A stretch of 64,000 nucleotides of DNA from Candidatus Micrarchaeota archaeon (GCA_018819225.1 JAHJQN010000004.1:96001-160000); one strand, 5' to 3'. Numbered from the stretch's first letter, positions 45,606-56,448 are shown. The notes: generated by a model from the letters alone, not told the origin. Program-made: numbers and translations.

Positions 45606-46934
45606 ATGAACCCCTTGAAGATCGCTGCCAAATGGACCATTATTGCACTAATAGTACTGCCGTTAATGGTTCAAGCGAACGACGTAACGCGTTATTCCGA
45701 TCCCATTAACGGAGAAGTCATCGTACTGATAAAAGAGAGTTCACTTGGCGACTTTGAGCTTCAAAATCAACTAAACGCCCAAATCCCATCTGCGCAATTA
45801 ACTTACAAACCACTTCACAAAACAGAATTATCGACACGTGACGACAATTACGGGCCTCGGTTCATTAAAGTATATTTTGACCAGTCCATTTCTCCAATAA
45901 GCATCTCGGACTCATTGTCACAGCTATCATTCGTTGAGTTTGCAGAACCCGTATTTTACGGCATAGGGACCTGGATTCCCGATGACGAATATTTTGACGA
46001 ACAATGGGGGCTCGAACAAATCGAGGCTCCGCGTGCATACGGCTACGAAAAAGGGAATGCCGACGTGGTTATTGCCATAATCGATACAGGCGTGGATTTG
46101 GACCATGAAGACTTGCAAGAGAAGCTATTACCGGGGTATGACGCCGTTGATTTGGATCATGTTCCTGAAGATGATCACAGCCACGGAACGCGCATGGCCG
46201 GCATTGCTGCAGCAGTCACGGACAACGGCATGGGAATAGCAGGAACGTGTCCAAATTGTGCCATTCTGCCGGTACGCGCAGGGTATAACAATAACGGTTA
46301 TGCCTCGTTCCCCAATGACGCGGTATTCCTCGGAATCGAATACGCTATTAACAATCCAAGAAATATCGAAGGAATCCCCGAAAATCTGAATCCGGCCGAT
46401 ATTCTATCCATGAGCTTTACGTTCTCTTACGCCAGCGAAAGCATGAACACGAGCATTGCAGATGCGGCATCAGCAGGAGTGCTCATGGTGGCTGCAGCCG
46501 GCAACAACGGAAACGACGAACAACGCTATCCCGCAGCCTATAACGAAGTTATAGCTGTGGCGGCAACAGACGAAAACGATGCCCGGCTCTCATGGTCGAA
46601 TTACGGAGACTGGGTGAACGTGGCCGCACCCGGAAGACTCATCAAAACCACGTCCATAGGCAATAGTTATGCATTAAGTAGCGGAACCTCCGCATCCACT
46701 CCATTTGTTGCAGGACTAGCCGGACTCATGCTCGCCCGGTCAAAAGGAACGTCATTTTCAGCGGAGGATTTAATGTCCACATTGATTCAAACATCGGATC
46801 CCGTCAGTAATTTCCCGGCAATAGAAGGAGGAAGAATTAACGCGTATAACGCCATTATCCATACCCCGAAAAAGCAGTCCAAGAAAGGATATTTGCCGTA
46901 CGAACAATACGGAGAATGGGAGGGATCCGATTAA
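45606..46934 (+). CDS. S8 subtilisin-like serine protease
   Basis: IIDTG, HGTRMAG, AAGN, SGTSASTP. Confidence 0.93.
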   Translation: MNPLKIAAKWTIIALIVLPLMVQANDVTRYSDPINGEVIVLIKESSLGDFELQNQLNAQIPSAQLTYKPLHKTELSTRDDNYGPRFIKVYFDQSISPISISDSLSQLSFVEFAEPVFYGIGTWIPDDEYFDEQWGLEQIEAPRAYGYEKGNADVVIAIIDTGVDLDHEDLQEKLLPGYDAVDLDHVPEDDHSHGTRMAGIAAAVTDNGMGIAGTCPNCAILPVRAGYNNNGYASFPNDAVFLGIEYAINNPRNIEGIPENLNPADILSMSFTFSYASESMNTSIADAASAGVLMVAAAGNNGNDEQRYPAAYNEVIAVAATDENDARLSWSNYGDWVNVAAPGRLIKTTSIGNSYALSSGTSASTPFVAGLAGLMLARSKGTSFSAEDLMSTLIQTSDPVSNFPAIEGGRINAYNAIIHTPKKQSKKGYLPYEQYGEWEGSD

Positions 46935-46973
46935 CAAGAGAAGCTTTTTATTCTCGGGTGCAACAAGCGTATC

Positions 46974-47333
46974 ATGCTACGACAACGACCGCATTCGGTA
47001 ACCAAGGAAGGCCTCAAATACGAGTTTGAATACGAAAAAACGCAGATGCAAAGTATATCGCAACTGATCGCCGCAGCCATACTATCTCTCGCGTTGTTTG
47101 CGACGATCTTTATCGGAGTCGTCACGATGAATTGTCAAACCACGCGGGATTGCGGGTATGACTTTACTGTTTTCTATGTGCTGACGATCATGCTCATGAT
47201 CTCTGCAACGGTTTCCATCATGTTCCAGGCGCGCCGACTCTGGCGTCTCACGCAAGCCATCGAAGCCTTTGAGCACCCGAAGAAACACCGCAAGAAAATG
47301 TCGCAGAACATTTCAACGGTTACACTCAAATAG
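46974..47333 (+). CDS. 2-TM hypothetical protein
   Basis: two hydrophobic helices. Confidence 0.55.
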   Translation: MLRQRPHSVTKEGLKYEFEYEKTQMQSISQLIAAAILSLALFATIFIGVVTMNCQTTRDCGYDFTVFYVLTIMLMISATVSIMFQARRLWRLTQAIEAFEHPKKHRKKMSQNISTVTLK

Positions 47334-47338
47334 GACGC

Positions 47339-47926
47339 GTGAAACGCATGTCGGCCAAACCTAAAGAAAAGAATGCAGTACGTACATCCATCCGAAAACC
47401 CACGTGGGCGGAAACGCGTCAAAAGCTTTTAGCCGCATTCTTTGCTTTTCTAGCCATCGCATTTACCTTGTTTTATGGAAATAATGCTGTTGAAATCATA
47501 CGGGAAGCGCAGGATGTGTTATTGGGAGTATACACCTATTGCGGATTGGAAATGACCCCATCGTGCATCACCTTCCTGCCCGAACGATGGATTCAAGGAA
47601 TCGCGAGCGGATTAGCTGCCCTCGGACTTCTATTCGCGTTCGCGCAAGCCGCCGGATCCGCATGGAGTCGACGCGCCAAACGATACGCGCTTGAATTCGA
47701 TCGCAAAGCCGTATATGCGCTCTCGATGGCGATGCTCGGATTGGCGATTTCGGGAATAATGGAAGCGTACAAATGGTTCCGTTTGTTTTGGTTTCACGAA
47801 AACGCGTTATTCCATATCGGGTTAACGGCAATCGAACTCATCCTTCTCCGAAAACTATGGAACGAAGTCAATAAAATGTCGGACGGCGAAGCCCTTTCCC
47901 TGGAATGGCACCGCCACACCCAATAA
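47339..47926 (+). CDS. Multi-TM hypothetical protein
   Basis: about 4 TMs. Confidence 0.55.
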   Translation: MKRMSAKPKEKNAVRTSIRKPTWAETRQKLLAAFFAFLAIAFTLFYGNNAVEIIREAQDVLLGVYTYCGLEMTPSCITFLPERWIQGIASGLAALGLLFAFAQAAGSAWSRRAKRYALEFDRKAVYALSMAMLGLAISGIMEAYKWFRLFWFHENALFHIGLTAIELILLRKLWNEVNKMSDGEALSLEWHRHTQ

Positions 47927-47972
47927 ACCCATTTTTTAATTCACGGTATACGTTACTACATTGAGTTAAGAT

Positions 47973-49367
47973 ATGGTTCGAAAGGAGCGGCCAGTCGAAT
48001 CGAAGTATACTCTTCCGAACGTCATGGAAGAAGAGTTAATGGAAGAACTGCGTTGGCATGGTATTGATTCGCATCCCGTGGTCAACGGAAGCATTAAGCT
48101 TGCCCGAGAGTTTCATCTCCCTATTATGCGCGAGGATGGACGAAGCCAATTGACCGCGCATATCTTTCACGCCGCCAAACTCTACTTGGAATCCCTTCGC
48201 GCAGAAAATCAGAGAGCGGATCCGCTAAACGTCGCAAAAATTTTATTACATGATTCAAAAGAGATTGAGATTCAGCAACGGGAAAAACGAGACACGTATA
48301 TGCGAACTCAATTGAGTAGATATGGAACTCGGTCTCAAGTCGATGAGATAATGAGTGGAGTGGATGAACACACCAAACCTCCCGAATACGAATTTAACGG
48401 AAAGAGTAAAGCCGAACGAAAACGAATGCGCGACAAGGCATTTGATGCTCAATTTTCATTGGCCTCGCCAGACGCGCAGAGACGCCGATTGGCCGACCGC
48501 TTATCCAATCTAATGAGTCCGAATGTAAATGATGACCGAAGAAGATCGACCGCAAGATCATCGCATCGATACGTTGAAATCGCTCATTCGTTCCCATTTT
48601 TCAGAACCCGATTTCCAACCGCACTCAAGATATTCACGAAACCGCCGCAAGCTGTTCGTTACGAAATACCGCCGTGGCGCCGGAAAAAAGGACCGGTTTA
48701 CGTCGAGGAATTCAAACGCGGTTCGTTGAGATACTATAATGGAAGTACGAAGGAACACGACTCGTTACCCGTACGAATTATTCGTGGAAAATCCGATACG
48801 GCCATATTATTACCTTTTGCATTAAGTGAAAATTCTTCAGCTTTTATTAGAGACAATTGGTTAACGGGAACCCGACAATATCCTCAAACTCGCGGGATGC
48901 GCGGAAATGTCAGCGTTAAGACCGCAGCCGAACATGGGCCAGAACGTGATTTACTGTATAAGCCCATTCCAAAGGAAGCCGGCATCTGGGACGAGGTGCG
49001 CACACTCCTTTATTTACGAACCATGGGCTTGAGAACCGAAACGCCACTGGGGGTATACATCGATCGCAATAACAATGCCCGATATTTAATTACGCGCGCC
49101 TTACGGGGTAAATATAAACTCGTTCCGGATTCTCAACTACGGGAATTTAGAGGAATGATTCGAAAAGCGGGATTCCATGCCGACCGAAAATCATTCAACC
49201 GACACAACGTGTTATGGAAAGAAGAGAGAGGGGGCGAATCCAAACCATTTCTTGTAGGGGCATGGAAACTAAGGCCTCGAACGGATGAATTGGCTCGATT
49301 GACTCGCGTCAAACGAGCGAAAACAACGTGGACTCAACGTTTATTGGACAGAATACGGCGCGTCTAG
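47973..49367 (+). CDS. RelA/SpoT-hydrolase-like HD domain fused to a degenerate kinase-like domain
   Basis: A..FH....R.DG.....H, LLHD..E, V...TK, LADRLSNL; C-terminal LLYKP, E...L..L...GL.TE.PLG, HNVLW. Confidence 0.6.
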   Translation: MVRKERPVESKYTLPNVMEEELMEELRWHGIDSHPVVNGSIKLAREFHLPIMREDGRSQLTAHIFHAAKLYLESLRAENQRADPLNVAKILLHDSKEIEIQQREKRDTYMRTQLSRYGTRSQVDEIMSGVDEHTKPPEYEFNGKSKAERKRMRDKAFDAQFSLASPDAQRRRLADRLSNLMSPNVNDDRRRSTARSSHRYVEIAHSFPFFRTRFPTALKIFTKPPQAVRYEIPPWRRKKGPVYVEEFKRGSLRYYNGSTKEHDSLPVRIIRGKSDTAILLPFALSENSSAFIRDNWLTGTRQYPQTRGMRGNVSVKTAAEHGPERDLLYKPIPKEAGIWDEVRTLLYLRTMGLRTETPLGVYIDRNNNARYLITRALRGKYKLVPDSQLREFRGMIRKAGFHADRKSFNRHNVLWKEERGGESKPFLVGAWKLRPRTDELARLTRVKRAKTTWTQRLLDRIRRV

Positions 49368-49453
49368 TTACACCATAGCGCTATGTTTATATACGACGGT
49401 GCAGTCGAAGCGTTATATCACATTGATATTTCTGCGGATCAGGTTAGAACGGC

Positions 49454-49864
49454 ATGAGCGCATGGAACTACGTCAAACCTACGATGTTTCGCTTGCTATT
49501 GGTACTGGCCTTATTCATTATGGCCAACATCCCGTATATAGGAACCATTGTCAACGGAGAAAGCAAATGCTTGGAAGTACAATGCGATCCCTTGGATGCG
49601 CACTGCCGTTCCGACCGCCAATGTTTAACGTATTATGAAGCCCGACCGTCCGGGGTATTCTGGTGGCCTTATCCTGAATTCACGCTCACGTATTCTGAAG
49701 TGCAAGTCAGCGCGGACACCATACCCATTATTGCAATGACTCGAAATCAATCCGAGCTATTAAACGAACCAGCCCTCGCAACCACGTTCGCTTACTGGTA
49801 TTTGATCGCCCTGATCATTACGATTCCCGGCGCAAACGACGCCAGAAAACGGAATCAAGTTTAA
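49454..49864 (+). CDS. Membrane protein with Cys-rich loop
   Basis: two TMs and four Cys. Confidence 0.55.
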   Translation: MSAWNYVKPTMFRLLLVLALFIMANIPYIGTIVNGESKCLEVQCDPLDAHCRSDRQCLTYYEARPSGVFWWPYPEFTLTYSEVQVSADTIPIIAMTRNQSELLNEPALATTFAYWYLIALIITIPGANDARKRNQV

Positions 49865-49878
49865 AGCAGGTGTAGAAC

Positions 49879-50376
49879 ATGGAAGAACCATCGGCATTGA
49901 CGACGAAACGCTTGGAACCCGCATCGCGCGGTATTCCCAGCAAAGAATCACTCTGGTTCGCGTACAGTAAGCTGCCCATGAGCACGGAAGCCCGTTGGGA
50001 ACCGGACGATATCTTGAAACTCGTGTTTCCCCCTCAATACAAGCGTTCCCAATACGATATCGCACTCAAACTCCTAAAGCATTTAAGCGAACGAGAACAA
50101 TTAACGGGCGACGAGCTCGCGGCCTGGCAAGCCCAACAACACATACCGAACTCGACGCTTCGAAATCTCGTGATCCCGCGCTTGATTGCCGTGGGACTGA
50201 TTGCCCGAGAACGCCGAAATCCCACGGGCCAAACCGAAAAAGACAAGCGCCATCACATGGTATTAAAAACCAGCAAACGTTTCGGCGAAGCCTTTAAACA
50301 CATCGGAGAACAATGGAACGCCATGGTGGAAACCTGGCGCGTTAAACGCAAGCAATCCATAGAACCCATGCAGTGA
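49879..50376 (+). CDS. Winged-helix-like protein
   Basis: IPNSTLRNLVIPRLIAVGLIARE. Confidence 0.6.
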   Translation: MEEPSALTTKRLEPASRGIPSKESLWFAYSKLPMSTEARWEPDDILKLVFPPQYKRSQYDIALKLLKHLSEREQLTGDELAAWQAQQHIPNSTLRNLVIPRLIAVGLIARERRNPTGQTEKDKRHHMVLKTSKRFGEAFKHIGEQWNAMVETWRVKRKQSIEPMQ

Positions 50377-50384
50377 ATTGAAGC

Positions 50385-51821
50385 ATGCGTCGCGTCATCT
50401 GGATAATGTTGTTCGTCAGCTTGGCACTTGCGGCTCGGCACGACGGCTTCGGGCATTACCGCGTCCTCATTCAAGGAGACGTTATTTTCAATGAATACGA
50501 CGAACAACTACGCGTTCAAAACATCAATATGACGAACGATTCCGCGATTCTTCAAATGATTGATGCATCGGGAGCCGCGAATTACATGACGGTGATCGGG
50601 GGACAACAATACACGTATGGCGAAGAATGCATTCTCATCGATCTCATCTACTCAACGTCAGGAAATAATTACATCGAACTCACGTGGAGTCCGAATCCCT
50701 GCATTCTAGAATTTACCCCCACTCTTTATGACTTGTTTGTAGCCCATGCCGGAAAAAATTCAGCGGTGATCTCGTGGCTTACCAACCTGGAATCCAATGC
50801 GTCCGTCATCTACTGGTCCGAAAACGCGTCCGAAAAGGAGTCCGTTTCCCCGTCATTCGTTACCGAGCATTCCATAACGCTTCGGTACTTACGCCCCAGC
50901 ACCACCTATTACTTCAAAGTGAAGAACTGCAATGAAGGTAATAACAGCAATTGCACGTTATCCGTTCCCAAGCGATTCATTACGCTTCCGGGAGATGAAC
51001 TAGATCCCGAAGGTCTTCAAATCGTTGAATATCCGTTGCATATGGGCCGCACGCTCGCACTGCAAGGCTTTATTGTGGAACTCATCGAAGTCAAAGGAGA
51101 CACCGCAACCATTTCATTAAAACATGATGGGGAAGAGTTATGTTCTCAACAAGCCGAGGCGTGTCGAATGGTTCGACTTGTGGAAAACGTTCCTTTCGGC
51201 GAATTAACGGGCATGCACGCCAAGTTAATGGATATCGGAAAGGATACCGCCATCATGGAACTCGCCGTCTCCAGTGAAACCACGTTTCCCCCATCCATCA
51301 TCGTACGCCCCATTCAAACCAATCCCGAACGCAATCGACGAACTCGAATTGACGTGTTCGCGTACGACGTGAATCCGGAAGGACGCCTATTGCAAGCGAA
51401 TCTCTCATACGAGGAAAATGGCTCTATAATAACTCGGGAACTGGTTCCGGGCCAAAACGCCGTATCCCTAACATTTCAAGAAGAAAAAACGTATACGTTG
51501 AATGTTGACGCTGTCAATGACATAGGAAAAAAGATTAGCATCTCGAAAAAAATCACGGTCGTCAAACCCATCCACATTCCTTCGGTCCCGTCCGCCAGTA
51601 CTCATGTGAACAAAGCGTCCGCCAGCCCAACGCCCATTCAATCCAATTTGGAACAAATACGCCAAGAAATCGCGGAAAAGGAAGCCCGGAAAGGATTCGA
51701 CTTTTGGAGCTTGTTCTGGCCGTTTGCAGCCGTTGGATCCGGAATCGCGATCGCGTGGTTCGCTTACTTCTTTCTGCAAAAGCGGAAAAGTAAAGCGAAT
51801 AAAACGCCGCCCAAGAAATAA
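50385..51821 (+). CDS. Secreted, C-terminally anchored FN3/Ig-domain surface protein
   Basis: SAVISWLTN, H.ITL..L.PSTTYYFKV, C-terminal TM with basic tail. Confidence 0.75.
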   Translation: MRRVIWIMLFVSLALAARHDGFGHYRVLIQGDVIFNEYDEQLRVQNINMTNDSAILQMIDASGAANYMTVIGGQQYTYGEECILIDLIYSTSGNNYIELTWSPNPCILEFTPTLYDLFVAHAGKNSAVISWLTNLESNASVIYWSENASEKESVSPSFVTEHSITLRYLRPSTTYYFKVKNCNEGNNSNCTLSVPKRFITLPGDELDPEGLQIVEYPLHMGRTLALQGFIVELIEVKGDTATISLKHDGEELCSQQAEACRMVRLVENVPFGELTGMHAKLMDIGKDTAIMELAVSSETTFPPSIIVRPIQTNPERNRRTRIDVFAYDVNPEGRLLQANLSYEENGSIITRELVPGQNAVSLTFQEEKTYTLNVDAVNDIGKKISISKKITVVKPIHIPSVPSASTHVNKASASPTPIQSNLEQIRQEIAEKEARKGFDFWSLFWPFAAVGSGIAIAWFAYFFLQKRKSKANKTPPKK

Positions 51822-52685
51822 TTATTCAACCAGCGACACAAACGTTTGCTCGAGAACGGGATTCATCTCCGTACAGTATCCGTGATTCGGGCAAGGCGCT
51901 TCCTTGAACTCTTTCGGGGATTGGGCTCTCCAATAAACGTTTTTTGCGATCGATATGGGAATGCCGGGATCGTTCGGCGAATGAATTTGAACGAATGGTC
52001 GCGGCGCAAGCATAGACACATAGTTTTCAGGATCTATCGAGTGAACGAACCGCGTTTCCTGAACAGAAGGCCGTTTCTCCAAGCCGTAGCCCGAAGTGCT
52101 AATTCCCACCACTGCACGGACATCCGGAGCATTTACCGCAGCAATAATAATGCTCCGGGCCCCCATGCTTTCCCCGGCAAAAATAATGCGACGGTCATCC
52201 ACGTCGGAGCGTTGACGCAAATAGTCATACGCGCGAAGAATGTCGTAAACGTTTCGATGCACCGACGGCTCCTTTCCTTCGATAAACAAGGCATAATCCT
52301 CGGAGAGCGAACGTCCCAAAGCGCTGGTTTCTCCCACGCCGCGCGAATCCATGGCCATGACAATAAAATCGTGCGGAACCAGCAAATCGGCATAGGCTTT
52401 TCCCGCTTCCTTCCCCACTCCGGCGCCCGGAACGAATAAAATCGCGGGATACCTTCCATCGGAATTCGGTGTCCAGACCAGCGCCGAAACATTTCCATCG
52501 TTCAGTTGTAAGGTGACTTTATGCTCGACTCGATCAAGGGTATTCGCAAGCATTACCTCGGAATAAACAAGGGACTGGCGTTGAGTCGGGTAATGCAATT
52601 GACCGGATTCACTCACGGAATATGAATCCGGCGTCAAACATCCCAGAAGAAAAAGCACGGCCAGTACGACGAATAACGGGTTCAT
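51822..52685 (-). CDS. Alpha/beta hydrolase lipoprotein
   Basis: LLGC lipobox, GESMG, D and H of the catalytic triad. Confidence 0.85.
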   Translation of the reverse strand: MNPLFVVLAVLFLLGCLTPDSYSVSESGQLHYPTQRQSLVYSEVMLANTLDRVEHKVTLQLNDGNVSALVWTPNSDGRYPAILFVPGAGVGKEAGKAYADLLVPHDFIVMAMDSRGVGETSALGRSLSEDYALFIEGKEPSVHRNVYDILRAYDYLRQRSDVDDRRIIFAGESMGARSIIIAAVNAPDVRAVVGISTSGYGLEKRPSVQETRFVHSIDPENYVSMLAPRPFVQIHSPNDPGIPISIAKNVYWRAQSPKEFKEAPCPNHGYCTEMNPVLEQTFVSLVE

Positions 52686-52942
52686 ACGAGATAGTCGCCG
52701 GTTTCCAAATCCTTGACGCGAATGATGCGCACGGGACAACTGCGAGCGGCATTCAGCAAATCCTCCATATCCTCATCCTCCATCTCTTTCACGTACAAAC
52801 CATCGGATGCCTGCTTCTGGCCATTCAGTAAATCGGCTTTAACATCATCGGACATGATCCAGTTCTTTGGATCCGTTTGAACGCATATCGTGGCCCCGAT
52901 GCAAGCGCTCCGATCATACTCTATGCGGTATCGTTTGACCAT
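52682..52942 (-). CDS. Single-cluster ferredoxin
   Basis: CIGATIC...AARSCPVRII. Confidence 0.85.
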   Translation of the reverse strand: MVKRYRIEYDRSACIGATICVQTDPKNWIMSDDVKADLLNGQKQASDGLYVKEMEDEDMEDLLNAARSCPVRIIRVKDLETGDYLV

Positions 52943-53008
52943 AGTATTCGATAGAACTAGGAACAAAACAAATAAAAATCACCAATACAAATTCCATTAG
53001 GGGGTCAG

Positions 53009-53248
53009 ATGGCTAAAGCAGGCAAGCGCTTATATCGTTCAAGAGAACGCGTTATAGGAGGGGTGTGCGGAGGAATCGCCAAATACTTTGACGTGGACCC
53101 CCGTATCGTGCGAATCCTCTGGTTGTTATGGGTGTTTGCAGGGGGTCTCGGTTTAATTGCGTACCTCGTCGCATGGATTATTGTTCCGTTAGAGCCTGCG
53201 ACCAGTGCTCCAAAGAACCCAAAAAAATCGGGGGGATCCCATGGCTGA
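53009..53248 (+). CDS. pspC: PspC domain protein
   Basis: [23 protein letters not shown]. Confidence 0.88.
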   Translation: MAKAGKRLYRSRERVIGGVCGGIAKYFDVDPRIVRILWLLWVFAGGLGLIAYLVAWIIVPLEPATSAPKNPKKSGGSHG

Positions 53249-53696
53249 AAAAGTCAAACGACTCTATCGATCCAAAGATCGCATGATCGCCGGTATTTGC
53301 GGAGGGATCGCCAAGTACTTGAATGTCGACGTTTCATTGATACGCATTTTATGGCTGATTTGGGTGCTGATGGGAGGAACCGGCCTGATCGCATACATCA
53401 TCGCATGGATCATCATTCCCGAAGAACCCAGCGGCCGCGTGAAATACGATCATGCCGGATTAAAACGTTTTGCCAAGGAAACGAAGAAAATGGCTGCGGA
53501 AATGGAGTCTATAGAAGAGAAGCGAACGGATTACGGAGCGTTCTTTTTTGGGCTCGCATTCGTCGCCATTGGCGCAAGTCTTATCGCGCAACAATTTGGA
53601 TACCTGCGCGACGTCAATCTATGGGGGTTGTGGCCGGTGTTCATCATTATGCTGGGTTTAACCATGCTAGTAAATTTCGCGACGCGTTCCAGGTGA
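53241..53696 (+). CDS. pspC: PspC domain plus DUF5668/LiaI-like TM protein
   Basis: [17 protein letters not shown]; [10 protein letters not shown]. Confidence 0.85.
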   Translation: MAEKVKRLYRSKDRMIAGICGGIAKYLNVDVSLIRILWLIWVLMGGTGLIAYIIAWIIIPEEPSGRVKYDHAGLKRFAKETKKMAAEMESIEEKRTDYGAFFFGLAFVAIGASLIAQQFGYLRDVNLWGLWPVFIIMLGLTMLVNFATRSR

Positions 53697-53701
53697 TACC
53701 G

Positions 53702-53872
53702 ATGAAAATGGGATTTGGATTCTTTATAGGAGTTTTCCTCGTACTGTGGGGATTATTCGAGCTCGCGCGAAACTTCGGATATATTCCAAGAGAACTTAAT
53801 TTTCCGTGGTTTGCCATCCTGTTAATCGCCATCGGGCTATCCATGGTGTTGAAACGTGTCAAACCCCTTTAA
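53702..53872 (+). CDS. Small DUF5668/LiaI-like membrane protein
   Basis: GVFLVLWG.....NFGYI....FPWFAILLIAIG; AGGTGA SD. Confidence 0.65.
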   Translation: MKMGFGFFIGVFLVLWGLFELARNFGYIPRELNFPWFAILLIAIGLSMVLKRVKPL

Positions 53873-54019
53873 ATTACGCATTCCATCGACACGTACTAAG
53901 GACATGCATTCCGAAGACTTGGACATTCCACGAACGCGTGCCCCGGAAATCCGATCGCAAGAAAGATCAAAACAGGATACGGATCGATTGCATCGTCGCC
54001 GTCATTCCCATCGAGAAGA

Positions 54020-55456
54020 TTAGTCATCCTTTCCGTCCTGGATAACGGACTCGACGTAAATGGGTGCCTCCGTTAATTCAATGTCTTGAGCGTCCATCAT
54101 GCGTTCGACTCCCAAATGCGTCGTGACCAAAACACGACCCTCTAACTCTGAGGGAATTCGGTCGCCGGTTTCGCCCCACAGAACGTACGTTTTCCGATAA
54201 GCATCCTTTTCAAACACGTACTGATTCGCTTTGACTCGCCTCACGGATTGGAAGACGTTGAGTTTTTTTACCAACGTTTTAAGCGCTTTAAACACGGGAC
54301 GACGTTGACCCCGACTTGTCACCAAGGCCTCGGATTGTTTCTCTTTCGTGTCCAAATCCATGGCTTGAATGCGTCGATAGAATACTTTTTCAGCATCCGC
54401 AGCAAACGCTTTCACAAACCCTTCGGTAAGAATCAGCGCTTGTTCCTCATCCGTAATAAAGTAATCCCGATATTGCGCTTCATCGGATGGCGGGAATTCT
54501 CCGCTTCCAATTGAGTATCCAGTCAGCCATGCTTCCTTGAACAGGTTCCGCGTGCGCAGGAAGTCGGAGAGCTCGCCTATGCGGCCGTCCTCGGCTTCGT
54601 TGAACGAATGCAATGCCGCGATATCAAAATGGGTTTCAGCCCCTCCGGCCATGACATCCTGGAAATAACTGCGGTGTTCCGGCGAAAAACCAGCCATACT
54701 CCCCAAGAGAATTTGACAATCCTCGCACGCTTCACGAATCGCCGAGGACGTTAACTCTAAAAGGGTCAGATAATCTTTCACGTCTCCTTTAAAGAACTGA
54801 CGGGACGCCGTTCGGATCGAAGGTTCTGGAAACACTTCCCAGTATTTTACGGGCAGTTCGCGCGAGTTATTAGAATAACGCGAGACCGTCGCGCGAACGA
54901 ATGCGTGATAAGCGGTTTGATTGCAGGGAAGACAGCGTTTGACCGCCAGGTTTCCAAACGAAGGCGTGTTGCATGAAACCGGTCGACACGCCACCTGATC
55001 CCAATCGGCAAACGGCCATAAAATGCCTGCAATGATGAGATCGTTTTCAGCTGCTGCTTGAACGTATTCGTCGGCATCTGAAAAATCATAGGTTCCGGGT
55101 ACGCGTTCAATGCGCTGCCAATTGAACGGGCCTTCGAACGGCCGATCCCAATGAATTCCCAGTTCTTTAGCGAAACGAAAATCAAGTTCGCCCATCGAAT
55201 CGGAACCGCCTGCAGACATGACTCCAATACGCGCCTGCTCCAGTTCATGAAAACGTTCCGAAAAAGGCCAAGGAGTCGGGGAAGGCGATGCGGTTGCCGA
55301 AGGCGTCGGTGAAAACGTTGGAATCGTCGTAATGACGGGTCCTTCCGATGACACCGGCGTAGTCATTACCGTAGGAGTTGACTTGGCGTCTTGACCCGGC
55401 AACATGCAGCCCGCAAATATCAACGCAATAAAAATCAAGGGAAGAATCAAACGCAT
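54020..55456 (-). CDS. Clan GH-A-like glycoside hydrolase lipoprotein
   Basis: FAGC lipobox, T/P linker, W..IE...G.YDFS..D, YWEVFPEP, ALHSF, WLTG. Confidence 0.7.
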   Translation of the reverse strand: MRLILPLIFIALIFAGCMLPGQDAKSTPTVMTTPVSSEGPVITTIPTFSPTPSATASPSPTPWPFSERFHELEQARIGVMSAGGSDSMGELDFRFAKELGIHWDRPFEGPFNWQRIERVPGTYDFSDADEYVQAAAENDLIIAGILWPFADWDQVACRPVSCNTPSFGNLAVKRCLPCNQTAYHAFVRATVSRYSNNSRELPVKYWEVFPEPSIRTASRQFFKGDVKDYLTLLELTSSAIREACEDCQILLGSMAGFSPEHRSYFQDVMAGGAETHFDIAALHSFNEAEDGRIGELSDFLRTRNLFKEAWLTGYSIGSGEFPPSDEAQYRDYFITDEEQALILTEGFVKAFAADAEKVFYRRIQAMDLDTKEKQSEALVTSRGQRRPVFKALKTLVKKLNVFQSVRRVKANQYVFEKDAYRKTYVLWGETGDRIPSELEGRVLVTTHLGVERMMDAQDIELTEAPIYVESVIQDGKDD

Positions 55457-55508
55457 GAACCTCGTAGAAGGCGGGAGGAATTTAAAGGCTTCGGACCTAA
55501 TGCTTGGC

Positions 55509-55736
55509 ATGTGTTTGGCGATACCCGGAAAGATCGTGGCATTAAAGAACGAAGGTCGAACGGCCATCGTAAGTTATGGACGCGAGAAACGAGAAGCCGA
55601 CAATTCGATCACTCATTCGGTGGTGGGGGAATGGGTATTGGTGCAACAGCGCGTGGTCGTCGAAAAATTGACTGAACAAGATGCGGAAGAAGCATTAGCG
55701 GGTTGGAGACACGTCACGGAAAACGAACGCGGTTGA
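55509..55736 (+). CDS. hypC: Hydrogenase maturation chaperone HypC
   Basis: MCLAIPGKIV, VGEWVLV. Confidence 0.9.
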   Translation: MCLAIPGKIVALKNEGRTAIVSYGREKREADNSITHSVVGEWVLVQQRVVVEKLTEQDAEEALAGWRHVTENERG

Positions 55737-56448
55737 TCCGTTGCATGTTTTCATCCGTGTAATATTGCAGGCGCTTCACCTCCTCGAATGAAAGGGTTTC
55801 AACGGCTTCGTTCCAGTGAATGGAGATCCAATCGCCTTCGCGCGGATTAGGCAAACGTCCTTGCTGGACTTCGCGAACCATTTCACCAATGGAAAAACCG
55901 CGTTCATTCACGCTTAACCACGTCCCTTTTACCGTCAAATTCTCGTCGTGAATGGATTCGACGCGCCCCGCGTGAATCAAACAGTTATTCAAGTGCGCTT
56001 GAATGGGAGCGACTTTCGACGTCATGAAATTAATGTAGAGAACATGAAACGCGTGATTGGGAAACAAGGATTCTTTCAATTTCGAGGCCTTCTCCTCCGC
56101 AACGCGTTTTGGCAATAACCGCGGGGCACCCAATTGATCACGGATCATGCGTTGCAATTGAGATAGCGAAATGGCGTCCAGCAACGCGTTTCCGATCCAA
56201 TACGCTTCAATGACCTCCGAATCTAACGGATCGCGCCCATTGGAATGTGCAATCAGCGTCAAATAAGCGTACAACCCCTCAAACGAAGGGAATAAGGAGC
56301 GAACCGTGTTTGCATTTTGTTCGGAAGGCTTTTCAAGAAAGGCTTGAAATGACTTGAATGCGTCCTGCGCTCCACAATACTCTTTTTTGTTCGTAATGAA
56401 CGCGTAACGGCAAGCGCGTTTCAACGCTTCAAGACCGTTTTCCGGCAA
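55714..56448 (-). CDS. DUF6390-like protein (hydrogenase-associated)
   Basis: RYAF..N...YCG, VIEAYWIGN.LL, PNHAFHV, GDWISIHW. Confidence 0.75.
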   Translation of the reverse strand: MPENGLEALKRACRYAFITNKKEYCGAQDAFKSFQAFLEKPSEQNANTVRSLFPSFEGLYAYLTLIAHSNGRDPLDSEVIEAYWIGNALLDAISLSQLQRMIRDQLGAPRLLPKRVAEEKASKLKESLFPNHAFHVLYINFMTSKVAPIQAHLNNCLIHAGRVESIHDENLTVKGTWLSVNERGFSIGEMVREVQQGRLPNPREGDWISIHWNEAVETLSFEEVKRLQYYTDENMQRINRVRFP

